Shown here: piece by piece, positions 56,726 to 64,000 of the stretch
Position numbering within the stretch: position 1 is the first letter of the stretch
How the letters are laid out: the number at the start of each line of letters is the position of its first letter
IMG/VR virus record: IMGVR_UViG_3300044908_000026
Span: 4,030 to 68,029 of that record
Source: a virus
Length of the DNA stretch: 64,000 nucleotides
Direction: 5' to 3' (one strand)
The notes under the pieces: model-generated
The model's database searches: none
Seen by the model: the letters and a program-made list of their open reading frames with translations, nothing else
What the model was told of the DNA's origin: nothing
Program-made: the position numbers and the translations under genes

Positions 56726-58746
56726 TCTCTACGAACCGCCAACCTGTTCCGTCCCTGAATCACGATACCGCTAACGCCAATCTCTTTCTCTATGGCTTTG
56801 CGCGTCATCATCTCGATAGAGTGCGGACTCAAGCCGCCGCCCATCTTGCCCGCGACCGCAGCCACACGCGCATCAACGCGCACGTTCAGCGGCGCGAGTC
56901 CTTCGCCTTGACGTTCTTCGCTCAGCATTCCCATGCGAGCTGAATCGTAAGGATCGTCGCCCGGCCTGCTCTCGGTCGCATCGACCTTTGCAACGTCGTT
57001 TTTTCCAGGAACGTGCATGAGCGTTGGTAAACATCGTATCAGTTCCCGGCACTCGCGGCTAATCTGCCATTTCGGTAGAACTTCCGCGCTCGCTGTGAAC
57101 TCAGGCTGATTCATATACTCCTGAAACGCGACCAAGCCTTTTTCTTCGTAGAGGCGGTCGGCAAACGCGGTATCTGGCATGACCGCCTGTTGCAGTGGCC
57201 GGAAGCGCAAAAGCGTTTGAAGGTGCATGGCTCCAGCGACACGATCTGTGTTAGCGCGAACGAGAGTCAGCATTGTGGTGGACTGCTCTTGCCGGCGGCG
57301 CTGAAGCGAGCGCAGGGCCTTTTCGGAATCCTCGAACAACCGTTCCTCTTCGGTGAGATCAGAGACGAACGCGCTGCCCGGTCCCAAGATTTTTGCGATA
57401 CCTACGGCAATCTGTGAAGCCACGGTGTTCTCGCTTTCGCGCTTCGCGTAAGCGTCTGGCGAAAGGAAAATGTTCATGTGGCGAGACTCAAGGCCGTCGA
57501 TGTCCTTTCGCGATTCACGTGCGATGAGAACACCCAACTCGACAGGATCGAGACGGTTAATTGAAATTTCCTTGTACGTGTAGACTTGACCCCACGGAGC
57601 CTTGCAGTGCCATTGAATATCGCTCGGATGGATATAGCCCCAATCGAGCGACATCCACCGATGAAACCACGGCTCCAAGCGCACATTTTCCGGTTCGTAA
57701 ACATGCCTTGCATTCGGGGGTTCCCCGAGAAGCGGTCCGTTTGGTCTGAAATCGCGAAAAAAAGCGCCGCTGAGGGAGCGCCAATCCGAGTCGCGCCACG
57801 CCCTTCTCAGCGACTCCGGTTCAATCGAGTTAAGCCACTTCTCGTATGCGCCCTCTCCAAGCCTGAGAGCGGTAACCTTGCCCTTGTCCGGCCCTTCGTT
57901 TTCGTCGAGTTCGTAGTAGTGGTAGAGGTACGGATTGTCTTTGTAGGTCGAAGGAACGAACACGCGCGACTTGCCAAATTCGTCCACGAGCTTTTCGTAT
58001 TTCGGGAGCTTTCCCGATAGGTAATCTTCGATCCGAAAGTATTCCATCAACCATGCTTGCCCAGGCGCACCGCCTTCTAAATCGCCGCCGCCGGGATTGA
58101 ACGTCAGCATGATTTGCGCGACGAGTTCGGCCCACTTGGAGCGGCACGAACCCATGATGCGGTCGTGGACTTCTTTCGAGGGCAGCATTTCGGCCTGGTC
58201 TATCAACATTCTCTGATACTGCGGCCCGAGGTACTTTTCGTAGCCTCTGTCGCCAAAATGCCCAAATGTTACCTTCGCTCCCGTGCGCCACGTCGCTTGC
58301 GCTGGATTTCCTCGGGTGATGGTAGCTCCGGTAGGACCCCACATGGCATCCGCGCGGTCGAGCAAGTCGTCCAGATCGTTGGCTTGGTTTCTCAGAACCA
58401 GGCCGCGAAAATTCTTGTTATTGAAGTAGGCGATGTCGTTCGGGTGGGGATTCTTTCCGGCCGCTATAGCCTTTTGCATCCGGTCTGGATTTCCCTTGAA
58501 AGCCATCCACGCAAGCCCTAGTTCCGTTTTTGCGGAGCCACGGGAACCTGCCTCAGAAATTTCGTCCGCCGTTGAAAAGAAGGCGTGCATTTGCGGATTG
58601 TACTCGCACTCACATGGGACTTCGCCGGGGCGATGCCCAATCTGGAAATGATGCGTAGCGCACCTTACGGGACGAAACGCAACCTGCGCGGCTTTTGCAT
58701 GGGCGTCGGCGATGACAACCTGCGGTGCTGTGTTTTTGGCTCGCGT
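56695..58746 (-). CDS. terL: Terminase large subunit
   Basis: ADE..GSRGSAKT Walker A, IDQAE Walker B, TFNPGG, DNPYL, LDWG and DD.YDSAR nuclease motifs; first ATG at 58590 but frame open to a candidate ACG at 58746. Confidence 0.88.
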   Translation of the reverse strand, partial: TRAKNTAPQVVIADAHAKAAQVAFRPVRCATHHFQIGHRPGEVPCECEYNPQMHAFFSTADEISEAGSRGSAKTELGLAWMAFKGNPDRMQKAIAAGKNPHPNDIAYFNNKNFRGLVLRNQANDLDDLLDRADAMWGPTGATITRGNPAQATWRTGAKVTFGHFGDRGYEKYLGPQYQRMLIDQAEMLPSKEVHDRIMGSCRSKWAELVAQIMLTFNPGGGDLEGGAPGQAWLMEYFRIEDYLSGKLPKYEKLVDEFGKSRVFVPSTYKDNPYLYHYYELDENEGPDKGKVTALRLGEGAYEKWLNSIEPESLRRAWRDSDWRSLSGAFFRDFRPNGPLLGEPPNARHVYEPENVRLEPWFHRWMSLDWGYIHPSDIQWHCKAPWGQVYTYKEISINRLDPVELGVLIARESRKDIDGLESRHMNIFLSPDAYAKRESENTVASQIAVGIAKILGPGSAFVSDLTEEERLFEDSEKALRSLQRRRQEQSTTMLTLVRANTDRVAGAMHLQTLLRFRPLQQAVMPDTAFADRLYEEKGLVAFQEYMNQPEFTASAEVLPKWQISRECRELIRCLPTLMHVPGKNDVAKVDATESRPGDDPYDSARMGMLSEERQGEGLAPLNVRVDARVAAVAGKMGGGLSPHSIEMMTRKAIEKEIGVSGIVIQGRNRLAVRREWLKQGGRLQ

Positions 58747-58747
58747 A

Positions 58748-59221
58748 TTAGAACCCGCTTACGCTGATTTGCACGCCAGTTGCGGACGCGAGAATTTTCA
58801 TGCCGCCCGTGAACGTCCGGCACGTACTGATAAATTGACCTGGTTGAACTTGCGAACTCGGTGCTCCAATGACCGTCCATGTCGTCCCTTGGCTGGAACT
58901 CGTCGGGGTTATGGGAACGGCGTTGAAGAAAATCCAGGGAGTAGCTTGGATGTCTTCGAGTGTTACGTTGACCGCGGACGAACCGGGAGCCATAGAAAGA
59001 TCCAGTTGGCAAACATACAGGGTCCCCGTAGGCATGTTTGGATTGCCGCCGGTTGTCGAAGAGAGCGTTGTGAGATTGCTGAGGCTGGTCGGAATCGCCT
59101 GCCCTTTTATATACCAGGAACGGGATGGAAGTTGTGGTTGCCAATCGGCCTTGGCCGCGAAGAACGGGAATGCGATCAGCACGAGCGCAATGGCAATCTG
59201 AACAGCAGTCGATTTCCTCAT
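58748..59221 (-). CDS. Secreted beta-sandwich protein (spike/decoration-like)
   Basis: Signal MRKSTAVQIAIALVLIAFPFFAAKA; one Cys pair; RBS GAGG. Confidence 0.65.
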   Translation of the reverse strand: MRKSTAVQIAIALVLIAFPFFAAKADWQPQLPSRSWYIKGQAIPTSLSNLTTLSSTTGGNPNMPTGTLYVCQLDLSMAPGSSAVNVTLEDIQATPWIFFNAVPITPTSSSQGTTWTVIGAPSSQVQPGQFISTCRTFTGGMKILASATGVQISVSGF

Positions 59222-59514
59222 TTGATTCCTCTCATTTTAAGCGGGTGTACTTTCGGAACACTAACCATCGGAGGTGCCCCAACTTTCCGCAATGCGGCCA
59301 TACTGCCCGAGAGCGGCGTCCCTGATGCGAAGTTACCGGCGGGTTCTTTCAATCCTTCGAGTCCAGCGTCCCCACTGAGCGCCATCCCGATTGCCTGCGC
59401 TTTGGGTCGGACGTGCTCAAGGTGGGCGATGTTCGCGCCGACGTTATACCGCTTCGGCAGAAATGCCGTGGGCTTCTTGACCGTAGGCATCTTGAGTGGG
59501 GTGATGCCGGTCAT
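59218..59514 (-). CDS. Small basic protein
   Basis: ATGA coupling. Confidence 0.55.
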   Translation of the reverse strand: MTGITPLKMPTVKKPTAFLPKRYNVGANIAHLEHVRPKAQAIGMALSGDAGLEGLKEPAGNFASGTPLSGSMAALRKVGAPPMVSVPKVHPLKMRGIK

Positions 59515-59801
59515 GCAGCACTCCATTGCTCTAGCGATGTTTGCCCGAGGTACATCTCATAGAGCGGGTGCAGCCCATTGGCTTTGATATACATCGGCCT
59601 GCCGTTCCGACTCCATGCGTCGTACACAGCCGCTCGCGCACTGGATCGTTGATGGAGTTCATCGTAATCGAAACCTTGTTTTTTGCCGTAGCGGATATTG
59701 TTAATCCAGGGCCATCGTTCTGTTTCAGATCGTCCGCGAAAGCGCTCGCGTAGAAATTCAGGCAATCCCATTATCTGAGCTTCCGTTAGTTCCGGTGTCA
59801 T
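59511..59801 (-). CDS. Hypothetical protein
   Basis: ATGA coupling. Confidence 0.55.
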   Translation of the reverse strand: MTPELTEAQIMGLPEFLRERFRGRSETERWPWINNIRYGKKQGFDYDELHQRSSARAAVYDAWSRNGRPMYIKANGLHPLYEMYLGQTSLEQWSAA

Positions 59802-60094
59802 TTCGCCAACCTCATGCCTGCTTCGGCGAATGCCGGCGCTGCCGGGTGAATGCCCAGCGAGCGATCATACGCCTCACGCCCCTCGCTCAACACGTCCCAT
59901 GCCCTCTTGACTTGCTCGAAAACCTTCCGGCCCGCAGGATTGTGATCCGGGTGATAATCCTTAGCCATCTCGCGATACGCCCTCCTGATCTGATTCAGCG
60001 TAGCATCCCGGTCAACACCAAGAACAGCATAATGTGAGGGAACTACGGGCGGCGGCGGGATAAACCTACGTGGTGGAATACGCTTGCTTCTCAT
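59798..60094 (-). CDS. Stand-alone J-domain (DnaJ-like) protein
   Basis: HYAVLGV..DAT..IRRAYR..A..YHPD..F..V..AW.VLS..R..YD. Confidence 0.9.
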   Translation of the reverse strand: MRSKRIPPRRFIPPPPVVPSHYAVLGVDRDATLNQIRRAYREMAKDYHPDHNPAGRKVFEQVKRAWDVLSEGREAYDRSLGIHPAAPAFAEAGMRLAK

Positions 60095-60302
60095 CTGGCG
60101 CTTCCTCCTGTGGTCCCATCCAATGCAGCCGCGAATGCCGTGGAATGTAGTGCTCGCCGCTTTGGAATACAGTAATCACTCCGTTCTGATCGTGGACGTG
60201 GGCGACGTGACCGTCAGGCACCTGGATGCGTGCGGGTTCGGGATTATTCCGGCGCGAATAAAAGCCGGTGCGTTGGAGGTCCATGAGTGATGGGGCTTTC
60301 AT
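60066..60302 (-). CDS. Hypothetical protein
   Basis: ATG at 60302, coupled. Confidence 0.5.
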   Translation of the reverse strand: MKAPSLMDLQRTGFYSRRNNPEPARIQVPDGHVAHVHDQNGVITVFQSGEHYIPRHSRLHWMGPQEEAPDEKQAYSTT

Positions 60303-60478
60303 GCAACCCTCAACGTCGGTCGAATCAAATCTTCCTCTTTCGGCCCAGCCGCTTCGATGGCACACTTGGTCAGGCAGCGCGGACAGTACTCGCCGTCGAC
60401 CGCAACGCGCATTCGCAATTTGCGCGAACACGGGATGCAGATGTGCTGGCCGGTCGGCGCGACTCCTGTGGTCATCAT
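60299..60478 (-). CDS. Small zinc-ribbon protein, 59 aa
   Basis: Not in the ORF track; CIPC...CPRC; ATGA overlaps at both ends. Confidence 0.55.
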   Translation of the reverse strand: MMTTGVAPTGQHICIPCSRKLRMRVAVDGEYCPRCLTKCAIEAAGPKEEDLIRPTLRVA

Positions 60479-61188
60479 GACAGCGGTGGCCCCTTTCTCA
60501 GCGCGCTTACTCCGCTATTCCACGGCGTCTGACCGTGGCGCACGAAATTCAGCCCCGGCTTGATCGGCTCCGGCGAGTCCAGCGGGTTGCTCTCCAGTCC
60601 GGGCTTACCGTCGCGTTTCCGCACAAGCCGCAAAATCTCGCCAGCGGGCGGCGCGGTGTCGTGTTTCGAGGCCATTTCCGATGGGTCAATCTTCTCGGGC
60701 GACTTTCCACCTCCCTTCACCCAACCCCGAAGCGCCCGGATGGTCGAGTGATGCGCCACAACCAAATGCCGCTCACCTGGCCGCAACTTGTGGAGCATTT
60801 TGCGAACCTGCTTGCCGACGCGCTTGGCATGATCGTTGACGCTTTCTCCCTCAACGCCAGACACTCCGACCCCTGGAATCTTTTCATCGGGATGCGCGGC
60901 GTAGTGCTCCAGTGCTGGCCGGATTTCATCGACAGGACGCCCTTCGAGTGCGCCCTGGTGCCACGGGTCCAGCCCTTCGGTCACGTCGTCCAAGCGTGCG
61001 CCGGGATTGTGGCGCATGATCGCGGCGGTGGTATCGCGCGCCCGTTGCATCGGAGAGGTTGAGATGGTATGCACCCCGCCCTTGGCCGCGATGCGGCGTC
61101 CGAGGTGATCGGCTTGCGCGTGACCCTGGGGGGTCAGTGGAAGATCGACCATGCCGCGAGCGCGATCAACTGCGGGCGCGGGAGTCAC
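60475..61188 (-). CDS. Histidine phosphatase (branch 1), circularly permuted
   Basis: DLPLTPQG..QA, TSPMQRA.DT, G.LEG, GES and VVAH in the usual order, but FVRHGQTPWN at the C-terminus. Confidence 0.85.
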   Translation of the reverse strand: MTPAPAVDRARGMVDLPLTPQGHAQADHLGRRIAAKGGVHTISTSPMQRARDTTAAIMRHNPGARLDDVTEGLDPWHQGALEGRPVDEIRPALEHYAAHPDEKIPGVGVSGVEGESVNDHAKRVGKQVRKMLHKLRPGERHLVVAHHSTIRALRGWVKGGGKSPEKIDPSEMASKHDTAPPAGEILRLVRKRDGKPGLESNPLDSPEPIKPGLNFVRHGQTPWNSGVSALRKGPPLS

Positions 61189-61499
61189 GGCTTGCGCTCC
61201 AGCTTTAGCAGAACATCACCGAACGGGTCGCAGTGCCTTGATTGATACTCCAAACCGAAAATTCCGTCGATTGCTTGGCTTTCTGGTTTGGCATCCTCCA
61301 TTATCTTCGCCCGGACCCCCTCCTGGTAATTCAACCGATTCACAAGCAAGTCCGCGTCCTCGCGGCGCATGTTGTCGAGGAAGATCGTCCGGCGCGTGTC
61401 GAACTTGTTGCCGCCGGAAACGCGCGCACTGAAGGGCAATTCCAGGTCGGCCTCTTTCATCTGACGCGGATGCTCGATCTGGACTGTAACGCTACCCAC
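61185..61499 (-). CDS. Hypothetical protein
   Basis: Operon coupling. Confidence 0.5.
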   Translation of the reverse strand: MGSVTVQIEHPRQMKEADLELPFSARVSGGNKFDTRRTIFLDNMRREDADLLVNRLNYQEGVRAKIMEDAKPESQAIDGIFGLEYQSRHCDPFGDVLLKLERKP

Positions 61500-61812
61500 A
61501 GAGGAACGTCCTTTGCTGCAAAGTGCTCACACCCATCAGAGTCGCGGCGCGCCCGTCGATTTCGATAATTCCATCATACAACTGGGCCGATGCGCCGGTG
61601 ATGTGGCAACTCAACACGTAAGCGACACCGAGCGTTATTCCGCTCACCAGCACGGTCGATGTCGCGCCGGAGTTCGTCGCCGATCCGACCGTGGGACCCG
61701 ATGGTGAAATTGCCCACGTTGCGCTCGAAACGGTGTCGTTGTTCGATGGCTCGATCTGAGCGACGTAGGCGAGCTTTTCAGTGGGCGTCTGGGATGGCAT
61801 CAGTGCGGCCAA
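61492..61812 (-). CDS. Fibre-adaptor-like Ig-fold protein
   Basis: DTVSSATW..GPT....TV.VSG...G..Y.L.C.I pattern. Confidence 0.5.
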   Translation of the reverse strand: MAALMPSQTPTEKLAYVAQIEPSNNDTVSSATWAISPSGPTVGSATNSGATSTVLVSGITLGVAYVLSCHITGASAQLYDGIIEIDGRAATLMGVSTLQQRTFLCG

Positions 61813-62036
61813 ATTGCGGAAGGATACCCCAAGCGTTCAAGTAGTGTGCGCGCGTCGTCGGATTGCTGCCGCTGGGCAAATTCTTCTGACGCGAACAGGC
61901 CGCCCTTGACGGGCACCAATGGCATTCTATTGAACGGGTTTCTATCGCACCACTCCGCGTGCTCGCCGCGCCCGAACACACAACGCTCGCAAGCCATTTT
62001 GGGCGCGAACGGGCGGGATGTGATGGTTTCACTCAT
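61800..62036 (-). CDS. Hypothetical protein
   Basis: CERC..H..WC. Confidence 0.5.
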   Translation of the reverse strand: MSETITSRPFAPKMACERCVFGRGEHAEWCDRNPFNRMPLVPVKGGLFASEEFAQRQQSDDARTLLERLGYPSAIWPH

Positions 62037-62109
62037 CGCAGTTCCATGGGCCGGTCACTCGGAGGAAGATAACCGGCCCTGCTTTCGCGCGGCGCGCGCG
62101 GCAACCGCG

Positions 62110-62158
62110 AAAAAGAAAAACCCGGCGCGGAGGAACCCAGGTGTGGGACGCGCCGGGT
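62110..62158 (-). terminator. Rho-independent terminator upstream of the late operon
   Basis: 10-bp stem ACCCGGCGCG/CGCGCCGGGT followed on the minus strand by TTTTTCTTTTT. Confidence 0.65.
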
Positions 62159-62202
62159 GATGTTCATAGTTGGTAAAATTATGCGCCTAAAGCGTTCCAG
62201 CG

Positions 62203-62361
62203 TCAAGAAACTTTCTCGAAACGCCCGCCAGGACCCCGCCGCACGCTCAGCGGGCTATACACCAGCTTCTCGACAACCCGCTTACGCGCCGTGAGCCGCC
62301 CCAACGCGAAACCGAGCCCCGCCGCGAGCACCAGCGCACCGTAGATGAGCGCGGGGGTCAT
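62203..62361 (-). CDS. Small single-TM protein
   Basis: ALIYGALVLAAGLGFALG; C-terminal RGPGGRF. Confidence 0.5.
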   Translation of the reverse strand: MTPALIYGALVLAAGLGFALGRLTARKRVVEKLVYSPLSVRRGPGGRFEKVS

Positions 62362-62807
62362 GATGCTGCTCCGGCTCGAATATCTTCCGCAGCCACCGAA
62401 ACCATCCGCTTCCCGCGCGGCCCGGATCGCACGACCGTCACGACGCCCTGCTTCTGCGCAAATACAGGCGAAGTCAATTCGTAAACCGAACGCCTGCCGT
62501 TCGCTGCGGGACGCTGCACCACGAAACCGCCGGAACATAAAGATTTCAAAGCCTTATGCGCCGTCGCCAACGCGCAATGCAACATCCCTGCCATTTTGCG
62601 TATCCCCAACGTCACCACGTTACCTTCGAATACATACATCGCCATTACCCCGTATAACCTTACGGATAAATGACTTAATCCGGCATTAGTGAGAATTTCG
62701 TCAGGTACCCGCCCGTAACGATGTTTCTTGGACCGTTCGCCCTGAGCCGAACGCTTACCGTTCGGCCTGGACCGAACACGTATAGACTCTTCTATACGCT
62801 CTATCAT
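62358..62807 (-). CDS. Winged HTH DNA-binding protein
   Basis: LS..S..LY....IRKMA..L.C...T..KALK.L...GF. Confidence 0.7.
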   Translation of the reverse strand: MIERIEESIRVRSRPNGKRSAQGERSKKHRYGRVPDEILTNAGLSHLSVRLYGVMAMYVFEGNVVTLGIRKMAGMLHCALATAHKALKSLCSGGFVVQRPAANGRRSVYELTSPVFAQKQGVVTVVRSGPRGKRMVSVAAEDIRAGAAS

Positions 62808-63043
62808 CCCAGCTTTTTCTCCCGTTGGCTTTTTTCAAGCAAAGGCAGCATCTCCCGGTAAATTTTCATCGCGTGCTTATGTGCTCGCTTCGCAAGATCG
62901 TCACGAGCCGCAGCACAATCCGGGCATTCTTTCCCATCGAACATCACCCGATGCCGAAAACAAACCGCGCTGCCTTTTTTCAAAACCGCCATCCCCGCCA
63001 TTCTACTCCCCTCCTCAAACATTCTCCACCAAAATTGTTCCAA
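62804..63043 (-). CDS. Small zinc-binding hypothetical protein
   Basis: CFRH...CPDC. Confidence 0.45.
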   Translation of the reverse strand: MEQFWWRMFEEGSRMAGMAVLKKGSAVCFRHRVMFDGKECPDCAAARDDLAKRAHKHAMKIYREMLPLLEKSQREKKLG

Positions 63044-63117
63044 CTCCGCCTAATCCCCGCCAAACCACCCTTTCTCCCCAAAAAGACGCTACCCGCCTCC
63101 CGAAATTCGCCAAAGCT

Positions 63118-63250
63118 TGAAACTCGCGGAAGCTAGCCGAATCTCTCTCCCGAACCTGAAAACTCGCGCGAGTCATAAAATCTCTCTCTCAGATTTTTGC
63201 CTAAACCCGGTGGATGGGACCCGAACCCCAAAAAGGGGTGGTGGGGGTCC
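63118..63250. repeat. Non-coding direct repeats and nested hairpin
   Basis: Two imperfect TGAAA(A)CTCGCG...AATCTCTCTC copies; GGACCC..ACCCC-AAAAA-GGGGT..GGGTCC. Confidence 0.55.
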
Positions 63251-63352
63251 AGGAATCGGGCACGCGCGGCCCGCGTAGGATGGCCCGCGCTGCGCGATCG
63301 GCGGGCGTGGTGAGGCGCAAGGCGTGCGCGAGGTAGTGAGCAGCCAGTAATG

Positions 63353-63793
63353 TCAGCCGGCGATGTCCACGAAGTTCTGGACTCGGTAAAGCAACCGCCT
63401 GCCGCTGTCCCTGATGGATTTACCTGTTGCGTTGCACTGCGGCTTCAGTTGGTCAATCAGAATCGCCTCTAGTTGTTTAGCGCATTTCGCGCTACGACAC
63501 GGCCACACCTGGACCTTATCGCAACGGGCCTGCGCGTCGTCTCGCTTGCGCCCAGCGCGATCGAAGTGATTGACGCGAGATAACCCGTGCGCCGACATAC
63601 CAACATACATCGGCACGCGATCACAAAGGAACAGATAGACTACCGGGCCGGATAACATCCGAAACACGTCTCCGGTGAACTCGCAGCCGCCGTTAGGCTG
63701 AACCAAGCGACCGAGCAGCACATCAAGCGTGCTCCAATCGTTTCGGTTGATCGCCTCACAACCTGGTGGAACTTCATTCCGATAACACATCAT
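63353..63793 (-). CDS. GIY-YIG endonuclease
   Basis: VVYLF..MYVGMS..R..H..LE..LI..LKP..N. Confidence 0.75.
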   Translation of the reverse strand: MMCYRNEVPPGCEAINRNDWSTLDVLLGRLVQPNGGCEFTGDVFRMLSGPVVYLFLCDRVPMYVGMSAHGLSRVNHFDRAGRKRDDAQARCDKVQVWPCRSAKCAKQLEAILIDQLKPQCNATGKSIRDSGRRLLYRVQNFVDIAG

Positions 63794-64000
63794 ATGTCTA
63801 CTTTCCCATTTCCGAACACATTAAAGAATCAACAACATACAGCATAACACGCGTCCGATTCGAAAGCACTCCAAAACCCCAATGAATCCGCGATACACCA
63901 GCACCAGGTGTTACCGCCGCACCTTCACGAGCTCGGTGCTGTGCTCGGCCGGCATCTCGCCTGGCCGCGATCCTGTGCCACACACTGCAATTTGCACGAG

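Noticed and set aside
58195-58230. Inactive terminase because Walker B reads DQ
   Set aside because: IDQAE has a nearby Glu, a variant I recall in other TerL proteins; all other motifs are intact
1-64000. tRNA/rRNA genes, integrase, att sites, tape measure, stop-codon reassignment
   Set aside because: None recognised by eye; genes are full length and tightly coupled under the standard code. tRNAscan-SE was not run

Overview
This window is most of a temperate- or lytic-type tailed dsDNA phage genome with podovirus-like gene content; no tape measure, tail tube, integrase or CI repressor was seen. The host is inferred to be a diderm with exosortase, plausibly Acidobacteriota. The + strand arm (1-17020) carries early functions: an RHH regulator, a 51x Cys-Ser-X repeat protein, a Bet/RecT-like recombinase, two unrelated RNA ligases plus T4-like Pnkp, a DUF2303 pair, an intein-containing AAA ATPase, a DUF1376 initiator with internal origin and an RNA-switch-like leader, and decayed methyltransferases. 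A divergent accessory island (17052-22947) encodes secreted/lipoproteins, a receiver-like/SAM-MTase fusion and a PEP-CTERM protein. The - strand arm (22944-63800) carries terminase, portal, scaffold, capsid, adaptor, tail and ejection genes, an L,D-transpeptidase-type lysis cassette, and three Cys-rich tail-fibre-like genes that carry Sec signal peptides. The most notable observations are: exported fibre/spike-like proteins; a short shared MIARLR-like motif on late-region small proteins and enzymes (an Acb1-like 2H phosphoesterase and a circularly permuted histidine phosphatase), suggesting virion cargo loading; a terminase that appears to lack a canonical start codon; and an anti-SD pseudoknot upstream of the replication initiator. 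All family calls come from motif recognition by eye; no searches were run.
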